From: Bacillota bacterium
GTDB taxonomy: Bacteria > Bacillota > Limnochordia > DTU080
Assembly (NCBI GenBank): GCA_012840225.1
Contig: DULU01000066.1
Location: forward strand, 45,226 to 109,225
DNA length: 64,000 bases
Reading direction: 5' to 3'
In this document: positions 46,482 through 56,477 of the stretch, piece by piece
Numbering within the stretch: position 1 is the stretch's first letter
How the letters are laid out: each line of letters begins with the position of its first letter
Program-made: the position numbers and the translations under genes
Notes under the pieces: model-generated
The model's database searches: none
The model's input: the letters and a program-made list of their open reading frames with translations, nothing else
What the model was told of the DNA's origin: nothing

Positions 46482-47768
46482 ATGAGGTATGATAAATCCC
46501 TGGAATTATTTGACAAAGCGTTGCAACTGATTCCGGCCGGCAGTCAGACTTCCAGCAAGCGCCCGCAGGCCTTTGCCTATGGCGCCTATCCCATTTATGC
46601 CAAGCGGGCGGACGGTTGCCGGATTGAGGATATCGACGGGAATGTATACATAGATTTTGTAAATGCGCTGGGTCCGATAGTTTTGGGTTACAACTACCCG
46701 GCGGTGCAGGAAGCTATTGCCGCTCAGCTGGAAAAAGGGATTATTTCCGGGTTGCTCTGGCCGGCGGAAGTGGAGGCCGCCGAGTTACTCACCAAAATGA
46801 TTCCGTGCGCCGAAATGGTCCGCTATTTCAAAGGCGGAGGCGAAGCCACTTCTGCCGCCGCCAGGCTGGTGCGGGCCTACACCGGGCGGGAAGTCATTTT
46901 AAACAGCGGCTATCGCGGCTGGCCCGATGTGTGGGCGGCGGCGAGAAACGAGCCCGGGGTGCCCAGTTGTCTCTCCTCCACCCTCGTCACCTTCCCCTTC
47001 GGCAATCTGGAGGCGCTGGAGCAGAAACTGGAAGAACATAAAGGAAAAGTGGCGGCGGTCTTCCTCGACATCACGAGCGGCAGCGAGGCGACGAGCGCCT
47101 ATCTCCAGGCGGCTAAAGAACTGGCTCACAAGCATGGCGCCCTGTTCTGCATGGACGAGATCGTCACCGGCTTCCGCCTTGCTCCCGGCGGCGCGCAGGA
47201 ATATTTCGGCGTCACTCCCGACTTGGCGGTTTTTGCCAAAGGCATAGCCAACGGGATGCCGGTGAGCTGTGTCGCCGGTCGCCGGGATGTGATGCAGAAA
47301 ATGGCTGGTCTCACCATCTCCATCACCTATGGTGGCGAGGCACTCTCCCTGGCGGCGGCGGTGGCCACCATGCGGGAGATCAAGGAGAAAAAGGTCACGG
47401 ATTATCTCTGGCAGATCGGCCGGCGGCTGATGGACGGCTTGAACCGGGCGGCGGCCAATAGCGGGATCCCCTTCACCTGCCTTGGCTTGGCGCCTATGTC
47501 CATGATGAAGTTCAGCGAAGTGAGCGCCGCCGACAATCAAATGGTATGGAGCTATTTCCTTCAGGAGATGGCGGCCCGCGGCGTGCTCATGCGCCGGGGC
47601 GGACTGAATTTTGTCACTTACAGCCACACCGAGGCGGATATCGATCAAGTGGTGGCGGCGGCCGCAGATGTGTTTGCCGGCATGAAAGAGGTCTGGAACA
47701 CCCCGCTTTTGGCCCAGCGGGTGAAAGTCAGGGAAGTGAATGTGGGCCATCGCAGCTTTAGCTCATAG
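46482..47768 (+). CDS. Class-III PLP aminotransferase (glutamate-1-semialdehyde aminomutase-like)
   Basis: YIDFVNALGPIVLGYNYPAVQEAIAAQLEKG and DEIVTGFRLAPGGAQEYFGVTPDLAVFAKGIANG (PLP Lys) match HemL-type enzymes. AAGAGGTG RBS. The track starts at GTG 46473. Confidence 0.85.
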   Translation: MRYDKSLELFDKALQLIPAGSQTSSKRPQAFAYGAYPIYAKRADGCRIEDIDGNVYIDFVNALGPIVLGYNYPAVQEAIAAQLEKGIISGLLWPAEVEAAELLTKMIPCAEMVRYFKGGGEATSAAARLVRAYTGREVILNSGYRGWPDVWAAARNEPGVPSCLSSTLVTFPFGNLEALEQKLEEHKGKVAAVFLDITSGSEATSAYLQAAKELAHKHGALFCMDEIVTGFRLAPGGAQEYFGVTPDLAVFAKGIANGMPVSCVAGRRDVMQKMAGLTISITYGGEALSLAAAVATMREIKEKKVTDYLWQIGRRLMDGLNRAAANSGIPFTCLGLAPMSMMKFSEVSAADNQMVWSYFLQEMAARGVLMRRGGLNFVTYSHTEADIDQVVAAAADVFAGMKEVWNTPLLAQRVKVREVNVGHRSFSS

Positions 47769-47797
47769 CGGTGCCGGGCGGCGAAGCCGGCTGGAGG

Positions 47798-47846
47798 CTC
47801 CGGAGCTGGAGCTTGAATTCTCCAGGCTCCGGGGCCGCTTTTTTCT
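47798..47846 (+). terminator. Rho-independent terminator after the aminotransferase gene
   Basis: CCGGAGCTGGAG…CTCCAGGCTCCGG is an imperfect ~12-bp stem, followed by GGCCGC and then TTTTTT. Confidence 0.5.
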
Positions 47847-47972
47847 GCGGCACAAGGGAGATAGCCCCCCGGCGGTGAAACTCTACCTTTGGCTTGGACA
47901 TTGCCTCGGCTCTCGACCCGGCTTTTGGCATGACAATGAAAATTTGCGGAGACGGAAGGAAGGGAATACCGC

Positions 47973-48917
47973 ATGGTGGGGACCGGTGGCTGCGATGTTT
48001 TGGGATTGGGCTGCGTGGCTGTGGACGATCTGTTTTTTGTGGACCGCTACCCGGCGCCTGATGAAAAAGTGATGGTCAGGGAGAGATACCGGCAATGCGG
48101 CGGTTTGACGGCCACCGCTTTGGTGACTGCCGCCAGGTTGGGCGCTTCCTGCGCCTATGCCGGCATGCTGGGGGAAAATGAATTATCTGCCTTTGTCCGC
48201 AACACGTTGGAAAAAGAGGGCATCGATACCAGTCGAGTGGTGCCGGTGAAAGAGGCGGCTCCCATCCATGCCATTGTCATCGTGGATATTAAGGCGCGGA
48301 CCCGCACCATTATCAACTGCCCGCCTCCCGTCACCGGGGCGCACCCGGAGTTGCCGCCAGCCGAGGTGATAGAGCACACCAAAGTGCTGCTGGTGGACCA
48401 TTGGGGCGCCGCCGGCATGTTGAGGGCGGCCGGGGTGGCCAAAGCTGCCGGTATTCCCGTGGTAGCCGATTTCGAATTGACGGGCATCGATTGGGTGGCC
48501 CCGGTAATGCCGCTGGTGGATCATCTCATTGTGCCGGAATCCTTTGCGCTGCGGTATACCGGCGAGAGCGACGCCCGAGCTGCGGCGATGGCGCTGGTGC
48601 AGCCAGGGAGGAAGACGGTGATCGTCACCCAAGGGGCGAGAGGCGGCGTTTATGTGGATGCCGCAGCGTCTCGTCCCGTGGTGCAGACCTATGGCATCTA
48701 CCCGGTTGAGGTCGTGGATACCACCGGTTGCGGCGACGTTTTCCATGGGGCTTATTGCATGGCGCTGGTGAAAGGCTGGCCGCTCGAGGAGCGGGTGCGT
48801 TTCGCTTCAGCCGTCGCCGCCCTGAAGGCTACCAAACCGGGAGGCCAAGCCGGCATCCCGCGGGTCGACGAAGTGTTTCACTTTATGAAGACCAACCGAC
48901 CGGTTGATTACAGATAA
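47973..48917 (+). CDS. PfkB-family (ribokinase-like) carbohydrate kinase
   Basis: VLGLGCVAVDDLFFV, the GG dipeptide (RYRQCGGLTATA) and the C-terminal DTTGCGDVFHGAY catalytic motif. GGAAGGGAA RBS. Confidence 0.85.
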   Translation: MVGTGGCDVLGLGCVAVDDLFFVDRYPAPDEKVMVRERYRQCGGLTATALVTAARLGASCAYAGMLGENELSAFVRNTLEKEGIDTSRVVPVKEAAPIHAIVIVDIKARTRTIINCPPPVTGAHPELPPAEVIEHTKVLLVDHWGAAGMLRAAGVAKAAGIPVVADFELTGIDWVAPVMPLVDHLIVPESFALRYTGESDARAAAMALVQPGRKTVIVTQGARGGVYVDAAASRPVVQTYGIYPVEVVDTTGCGDVFHGAYCMALVKGWPLEERVRFASAVAALKATKPGGQAGIPRVDEVFHFMKTNRPVDYR

Positions 48918-48938
48918 ACAGATTAATTAAAAGTATAT

Positions 48939-50243
48939 ATGGAGGCGCAGCCGCAGATGAACAAGGAGCAAAAAGACCTCGTCCCACCGCAGCCGGAGCT
49001 GGGGGGAGGAAATGAGCAGGACTATATCTTTGCCGAGTATTATGTCAGCAGCCCTTCGGGGAGAGATGTCATGGACTTGGCCCGGCGCTTTGCCGTGGGG
49101 CAGACCGTAGGTACCTGGATGGAGCTCCCCGGCTTGACGGCGGAGATCAGAGCCCGGCATCAGGGACAGGTGGTGGATGTGCTGGAGCTGCCACCACGGC
49201 GAGATGCCGGCGGCGGGGTGAGCGAATATCTCCTGCAAGTGGCCTATCCCTGGCGCAATTTCGACGACAGCATCAGCATGCTTTTTACCACCCTCATCGG
49301 CAACGATACCTCTACTGCCTTACCTGTTAAGCTCGTCGATTTGACCTTCCCCGAGGCCTATGCCAGGCAGTTTCCCGGGCCGCGGTACGGACTGGCCGGC
49401 TGGCGGCAGCTCGCCGGGGTGAGTGAGAGGCCGCTGGTGCTGAACATGATCAAACCATGTGTCGGTCTGAGCCCGGCCGAAGGCGCGGCTATCTTCTATG
49501 AGACGGCCCTGGGCGGGGTGGACTTCATCAAGGACGACGAATTGCTCGGCGACACCTCTTTCTCGCCGCTTGAGGAGAGAACGAAAGCCTATGTGGCCGC
49601 CGCCCGCCGGGCTGAAGAGGAAACGGGGAAAAGGGTACATTATGTGGCCAACGTGACCGGGCGGCCGGAGCGCCTCAAGGAGCGCGCCCGTCGGGCGGTG
49701 GCGGCCGGGGCCGGCGCCGTGATGGTCAACTGGCTCTTTACCGGTCCCGATGCCTTGGTGGATCTGGTGGCGGATGGGGAGATCAATGTGCCTGTGCTGG
49801 CCCATTGCGCCGGCACCGGACTTTACCTGGATTCGCTGGCCGGAGGGGTGGCCTCACGGGTGCTCTTCGGCCGTCTGGCCAGGCTGGCCGGCGCCGATGC
49901 CGTCATTTTCTGCACACCCATGAGCGGCGGCGGCATCACCAAGAGCGAGTTCCTGAAGACCGCCCATTATCTGCGATCACCGCACAGCTGCCACCGGCCC
50001 AGCCTGCCGGTGGTGGGAGGTGGAGCGACACCCGGGCAGTTGCCGGTGATTGCCGGTGATATCGGCCTCGACGTGATGATCGCCGCCGGCGGCGCGGTGC
50101 AGGGCCATCCCATGGGTGCCAAGGCCGGAGCCAAAGCTATGATGGCGGCGGCGGAAGCCGTGGCTCGCGGCCTCTCATTGGCCGAGGTGCAGAAGGAGTC
50201 TCCGGAGCTCGCCGCCGCTTTGCAATTGTGGGGCGGGCTATGA
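48939..50243 (+). CDS. RuBisCO large-subunit-like protein (form IV RLP)
   Basis: NMIKPCVGLS is the K175 equivalent at residue 172. GGVDFIKDDE supplies the K201/D203/E204 equivalents at residues 198-201. The C-terminal glycine loop VVGGGATPG is present. Alternative start ATG 48957, which lies 11 nt after GGAGG. Confidence 0.85.
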   Translation: MEAQPQMNKEQKDLVPPQPELGGGNEQDYIFAEYYVSSPSGRDVMDLARRFAVGQTVGTWMELPGLTAEIRARHQGQVVDVLELPPRRDAGGGVSEYLLQVAYPWRNFDDSISMLFTTLIGNDTSTALPVKLVDLTFPEAYARQFPGPRYGLAGWRQLAGVSERPLVLNMIKPCVGLSPAEGAAIFYETALGGVDFIKDDELLGDTSFSPLEERTKAYVAAARRAEEETGKRVHYVANVTGRPERLKERARRAVAAGAGAVMVNWLFTGPDALVDLVADGEINVPVLAHCAGTGLYLDSLAGGVASRVLFGRLARLAGADAVIFCTPMSGGGITKSEFLKTAHYLRSPHSCHRPSLPVVGGGATPGQLPVIAGDIGLDVMIAAGGAVQGHPMGAKAGAKAMMAAAEAVARGLSLAEVQKESPELAAALQLWGGL

Positions 50244-50288
50244 CGGGTTATGATAAATGATAAATTGGATTCAAGGAGATTTGCCTGT

Positions 50289-51848
50289 ATGGAACTTGCA
50301 GTAACACCTGAAGCTTTGCGGTTGTGGCCATTCCAGGAAGCGGAGAGATTGATCAAGCGCTGGCCGCAAAAAGAAAAATTCATCCTGGAGACGGGCTTCG
50401 GGGCTTCCGGTCACCCGCATATGGGCACCATCGGGGAGATTGTGCGCACCCATTATGTGGTCATGGCTTTGCGACAGTTGGGCAAAGATGCCGAGATCAT
50501 TGTCTTTTCCGACGACATGGACGGCCTGCGCAAGGTGCCGCAGAATATCGCCGCGCCGTGGCTGAAGGATTACCTGGGGGTGCCGGTGACCAGCATTCCC
50601 GATCCCTACGGCACGGCGGCTTCCTTCGGGGAGCATATGAACGCCGAGTTGCGGGAGATGATGGCGCAGACCGAGATCGACGCCACCTTCAAATCGGCGA
50701 CCGCCTGCTATAGCGACGGCACCTTTGCCGACGGCATCCGGCAGATGTTCGCCCATATGGAGGAGATCAAAGCTTTAGCCTTGCCCACCATGCGCGAGGA
50801 GAACCGGGTCGGCTGGTTTCCCTGGCTGCCGCGCTGCGAGCGCTGCGGGAAGCTTTATACCACCATTGTGGAGCATTACGACCCGGAACGGCTGACGGTG
50901 GATTATAAATGCACCGGGAGCTTCCGCGATGTGACCGGTTGCGGCTACCAGGGCAGTCAGAGCGTTCTCGGCGGCACCGGCAAATTTTACTGGAAGGCGG
51001 ATTGGGCACTGCGCTGGCATGTGCTGGGCATCAATTACGAGATGCACGGCAAGGATCTGCTGGATTCGGCCAAGCTCTCGGCGGCCATGGTCAGATGTCT
51101 CGGTGGGAAGCCGCCTCTGACCATGGTGTATGAGCTCTTTCTGACCGAGGAAGGGCGGAAGATCAGCAAGTCCACCGGTGCGGGCATTTCCATGGAAAAC
51201 TGGGACCGCTGGGGGACCCAGGATTCGCTGAACCTGCTCATGTTCAAAAACCCCAAGCAGCAGAAAAAGCTGAGCACGGCGAGCATCATCCAATACACCG
51301 ACGAAACTCTGACCATGGAGCCGAGCGATCCGCAGTATCAGTTTATATATTATCACGGCGACCGGCCCGATCTCGGCGGCCTGCGCTATTCGGACATCAT
51401 CAATCTGGTGAACGCCACCAGCATCACCGATGCCGATCAGCTGGTGGAGTATCTCGGCCGCAGCTTCGGGATGGAGCGCATCAAGGCCAACGAGAAGTTT
51501 GTGCGGGAACTTTTGACCAAGGCAGTGAATTATTATAATGATTTCATCCTGCCGACCCGCCGCGTCCCCGAGCTATCGGCCGAGGACTGGGCTTTGATCG
51601 CCAGGTTTGAGCAGCTGATCGATGAGACCGACGATGCCGACGCCATCCAGTCCGGGGTGTATGAAATCGCCCGCAGCGCCGGCCGGGAACCGAAGGAATT
51701 CTTCAAGGTGATATACGGGGTGTTGCTGGGGGCCGAGAGCGGTCCCAGGGTGGGCGGCTTCGTCAAGCTGGTGGGAAAGGAAAAAGTGCACGAGCTGATC
51801 GCCGCCGCCCGTGAGCAGGCCGGTGTGGCCGCCCGGCAGGAGCAATAG
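50289..51848 (+). CDS. lysK: Class-I (archaeal-type) lysyl-tRNA synthetase
   Basis: HIGH-like motif SGHPHMGT, KMSKS motif KISKSTG and an overall match to class-I LysRS (…FSDDMDGLRKVPQNI…). AAGGAGA RBS lies upstream of ATG 50289. The track ORF starts at 50250. Confidence 0.75.
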   Translation: MELAVTPEALRLWPFQEAERLIKRWPQKEKFILETGFGASGHPHMGTIGEIVRTHYVVMALRQLGKDAEIIVFSDDMDGLRKVPQNIAAPWLKDYLGVPVTSIPDPYGTAASFGEHMNAELREMMAQTEIDATFKSATACYSDGTFADGIRQMFAHMEEIKALALPTMREENRVGWFPWLPRCERCGKLYTTIVEHYDPERLTVDYKCTGSFRDVTGCGYQGSQSVLGGTGKFYWKADWALRWHVLGINYEMHGKDLLDSAKLSAAMVRCLGGKPPLTMVYELFLTEEGRKISKSTGAGISMENWDRWGTQDSLNLLMFKNPKQQKKLSTASIIQYTDETLTMEPSDPQYQFIYYHGDRPDLGGLRYSDIINLVNATSITDADQLVEYLGRSFGMERIKANEKFVRELLTKAVNYYNDFILPTRRVPELSAEDWALIARFEQLIDETDDADAIQSGVYEIARSAGREPKEFFKVIYGVLLGAESGPRVGGFVKLVGKEKVHELIAAAREQAGVAARQEQ

Positions 51849-51883
51849 CAGGCGCAATAAATGAATAGAGTAAATAAAGAAAA

Positions 51884-51920
51884 GACGCTGCCGGGGGAGA
51901 ACCGGGCAGCGTCTTTTTTT
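51884..51920. terminator. Bidirectional rho-independent terminator between the lysK and pntB convergent genes
   Basis: GACGCTGCCGGG-ggagaa-CCGGGCAGCGTC is a perfect 12-bp stem. TTTTTTT follows on the plus strand and a T-rich tract follows on the minus strand. Confidence 0.7.
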
Positions 51921-51955
51921 AACATCTTCGCATCCAACAGATCGGCCCAAGGCCA

Positions 51956-53340
<1,385 letters not shown>

Positions 53341-53344
<4 letters not shown>

Positions 53345-53640
53345 TTGGACGCTCCTTCACTGCGGCCTTTGAACATCAGCAGCATGCGGTCTGTTACCAT
53401 AAACCCGCCGACTAAATTGATGGTAGCCAGAACTACTGCCAAAAAGCCGATAATTTGCAAAACCAGGGTGTCGGCCGGTGCCGTTATCAGCAGGGCGCCC
53501 ACGATGGCGATGCCGGAGATGGCGTTGGCTCCCGACATCAGCGGTGTGTGCAGGATGGGCGGCACTTTGCTGATCACTTCAAACCCGGCGAATGCGGACA
53601 GGACGAAGATATAAATGCCGAATAACAGCTCGCCCGGCAT
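53341..53640 (-). CDS. pntAB: NAD(P) transhydrogenase subunit alpha part 2 (membrane)
   Basis: About 100-aa membrane protein MPGELLFGIYIFVLSAF…LMSGANAISGIAIVGALL. A GAGGGAGG RBS lies 7 nt upstream of ATG 53640. The track start at 53682 is rejected. Confidence 0.8.
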
Positions 53641-53682
53641 GCGAAAACCTCCCTCGATATATTTTCTCCCCAGGTGGACCAC

Positions 53683-54840
53683 TCACGAACCCTTTTGCGC
53701 CGCCAGGAGTTCGGCGGTGCGGCCGTGCTTGATCTCCCCTGCGTGGGTGATGCAACAATCCTTGATGATGACGTCGTTGAAGTCCAGATTCAGCTGCCCG
53801 TTTTTATGCAAAAGCAACAGGAAATTGGTCAAATTCCTGGAGAAGAGCTGGCTCGACTGGGCAGCCATCTCACTGGGCAGGTTGGATGGTCCGTGGATGA
53901 TGACGTCATGCTTGATCACGGTCTGGTCGGGAGTGGTGAGCTCGCAGTTCCCACCCATCTCGGCGGCCAGATCCACGATGACCGAACCCGGCTTCATATC
54001 CGCCACCATCTCCGCCGTGACCAGGATAGGCGCCCGGCGGCCCGGGATCAGGGCGGTGGTGATAACGAAATCGGCCAGTTTGATCCTTTCGTGGATTTTC
54101 TCCTTCTGGCGGCGCTGGGCGTCTTCGGTAAGCTCTTTGGCATAACCGCCTTTATCTTCGGTGGCCTGCCCGTAGTCCACTTCCACGAAGGTGGCGCCCA
54201 AGCTTTCTACTTGCTCTTTAACCGCCGGCCTGACGTCGAAGGCCTCCACCACGGCACCCAGGCGGCGGGCAGTGGCGATAGCCTGCAGTCCGGCCACCCC
54301 GGCGCCGAGAATCAACCCCCGGCTCGGCGGGATGGTGCCGGCCGCCGTGGTGAGCATCGGCAGGTATTTACCGAGCGAATTGGCAGCGATCAATACCGCC
54401 TTATACCCGGCAATCGAGCTCATGGCCGAAAGCACGTCCATGTTCTGCGCCCTGGAGATGCGGGGTATGGCGTCCAGGCTGAAGCTGGTCACCCGGCGGC
54501 TGGCCAATATGCCGGCCACCTTGGGATGAACCAGCGGCTGCAACAGAGCGATCAGCACTTTTCCTTCCGGGATGGCGTCCAGTTCTGCGTGGTCTCCGTC
54601 CGGTCCCAGCGGCCGCTGTACTTTGACGATGATATCTGCCGCCGCCGTCAGCTCGGTTCGGTCGGCCACCACAGTGGCGCCGGCCTCTTCATAGAGGCGG
54701 TCGGAGATGAAGGAAGCCGCCCCGGCCCCTTTTTCCACCAGCACCTCCAACCCGACTTTCTTCAGTTTGACGATGCTTTCCGGGACTAAAGCCACCCGGC
54801 GTTCGCCGGGCATCTGTTCTTTCCAAACACCGATTTTCAT
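53683..54840 (-). CDS. pntAA: NAD(P) transhydrogenase subunit alpha part 1 (AlaDH-like dI domain)
   Basis: MKIGVWKE…, Rossmann ILGAGVAGLQAI, PntAA/AlaDH-like architecture. Confidence 0.9.
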   Translation of the reverse strand: MKIGVWKEQMPGERRVALVPESIVKLKKVGLEVLVEKGAGAASFISDRLYEEAGATVVADRTELTAAADIIVKVQRPLGPDGDHAELDAIPEGKVLIALLQPLVHPKVAGILASRRVTSFSLDAIPRISRAQNMDVLSAMSSIAGYKAVLIAANSLGKYLPMLTTAAGTIPPSRGLILGAGVAGLQAIATARRLGAVVEAFDVRPAVKEQVESLGATFVEVDYGQATEDKGGYAKELTEDAQRRQKEKIHERIKLADFVITTALIPGRRAPILVTAEMVADMKPGSVIVDLAAEMGGNCELTTPDQTVIKHDVIIHGPSNLPSEMAAQSSQLFSRNLTNFLLLLHKNGQLNLDFNDVIIKDCCITHAGEIKHGRTAELLAAQKGS

Positions 54841-54975
54841 GGGATCCCCCCACCAGCCGGTCCTCCGGCCATATTATACATAATATTCAGGTACCCGGTA
54901 GGTCTACGACGTTGGTCGACCTTTTCCTGCATCTTTTTCCCGGTCAATCCCGTCAGGGATCGGGAGTCGGCATCG

Positions 54976-56286
54976 TCAACGGCCCCCGGAGAGCGCCGGC
55001 AACAGCTCTACCTTGTTATTCCTCATGGCGGAGTCGGCGCGGAAACCGATCAGGTGACCGGCGATCGAATCTTCCAAAGAGGTGCAGGAGATGGACGGCT
55101 CCTCGCCTCTCAGCACCCGGCAGAAATCATCGACCAGTCGCAGATCGCCGCCGGCATGTCCTCCGGCAGCACCGAACATGTCACCTTTGATATTAACATC
55201 GATTTCCGTTTCTGTATATTCTTTTCCGGGCCTGGTGTCAATATGTCTGATGACGAAGGAGCTTTTATGCAGCAAGCCTTCGATCTCCCCATTGGTGCCC
55301 AAAAGGTGAATGGAGCGCGAGGGCCGGGCGGTGCCGCCCACCATGTTGAGGGTGCCGGTGCTGCCGTCGGCGAATTCCACCGTCACCGATTGATGGTCGA
55401 CCACGTCATTGTCGCATTTCCAGACGCAGCGGCCATAGGGACTATCTTTCAGGAAAGCGGCTTTTTCCTCCAGGGTGGCCTCTTCGTTATTCTCCAGGCC
55501 GTCCCATACATAGAAACGCCACCGTTTGGGATGGTCGAGGTAATGTTTGCGGGCGGAATACAGACACTCGCTTTCGATGGGACAGTCGACCAGACAGCGC
55601 TCGCCGGCGCCGGCCGGGGCTTTTTCCGGCCGGAAATAGGTAAGCTGGCCGAAACTGCTCACCTTCACCGGGGCGATGCCGCTCTTCATCCAGGCCATAA
55701 GATCAAGATCGTGGCAGCATTTGGCCATCAGCATGGGTGAGCCGCAGCGCTCCCGGTTGGCCCACTTGCCCCTGATAAAAGCCACAGCCATGTGATGATA
55801 GCTCACATGCTCGGTCAGCTGGATATTTAAAATCTCGCCGATTTCCCCGGCCGCCACCAGGGATTTGATGCGGGCATAAAACGGGGCATAGCGCAGCACA
55901 TGGCAGATCATCACGATGCGCCGGTGTTTTCTCGCCACTTCCACCAACTGCCACATTTCCTCTTCATTGACGGCAAACGGTTTCTCCAGCAAGATGTGAT
56001 ATCCGGCGGCGAGCAGTGGCAGGCTGGTAGGCACATGCTGCCGATCCATGGTACCGTTGATGACGGCATCGGCAAAGCGCGGCTGCTCGGCCAACTCTTC
56101 AGCCGTTTTAAAGCGCAGATGATGTGGGATGCGGAAATAATCTCCCATCTGTTCCCGGCGCTGATCGTTGGGCTCGGCGATGCCGACTATTTCCAGCGCT
56201 TCCGGATTCTTCAGGGCGTAGGAGGCATATACGAAGGATCTGTGTCCGGCTCCGACTATTACTGCTTTCACTGGTTTTTTACTCAT
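54976..56286 (-). CDS. Gfo/Idh/MocA-family oxidoreductase with a Cys-rich insertion
   Basis: VKAVIVGAGHRS…LLEKPFA. An internal segment reads CLVDCPIESEC…GRCVWKCDND. AAGGAG RBS 8 nt upstream. Confidence 0.8.
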   Translation of the reverse strand: MSKKPVKAVIVGAGHRSFVYASYALKNPEALEIVGIAEPNDQRREQMGDYFRIPHHLRFKTAEELAEQPRFADAVINGTMDRQHVPTSLPLLAAGYHILLEKPFAVNEEEMWQLVEVARKHRRIVMICHVLRYAPFYARIKSLVAAGEIGEILNIQLTEHVSYHHMAVAFIRGKWANRERCGSPMLMAKCCHDLDLMAWMKSGIAPVKVSSFGQLTYFRPEKAPAGAGERCLVDCPIESECLYSARKHYLDHPKRWRFYVWDGLENNEEATLEEKAAFLKDSPYGRCVWKCDNDVVDHQSVTVEFADGSTGTLNMVGGTARPSRSIHLLGTNGEIEGLLHKSSFVIRHIDTRPGKEYTETEIDVNIKGDMFGAAGGHAGGDLRLVDDFCRVLRGEEPSISCTSLEDSIAGHLIGFRADSAMRNNKVELLPALSGGR

Positions 56287-56477
56287 CAGGGTGGCTCCTT
56301 TTCACAATTGTCTATGGGTAATTCGCACCGGCCGGGGGAAAACCTGCTCTCTGTGCCACACTCTGTGTCACTCTTTGCTCCGCTCTCTGTCTCTCCCTTT
56401 GCCCGGGTGGAGGCGCAGGATTCTCCCCGCCCGGCTAAAATTATAATGATAGATTTATATTGGAAAGGAAGATATTT

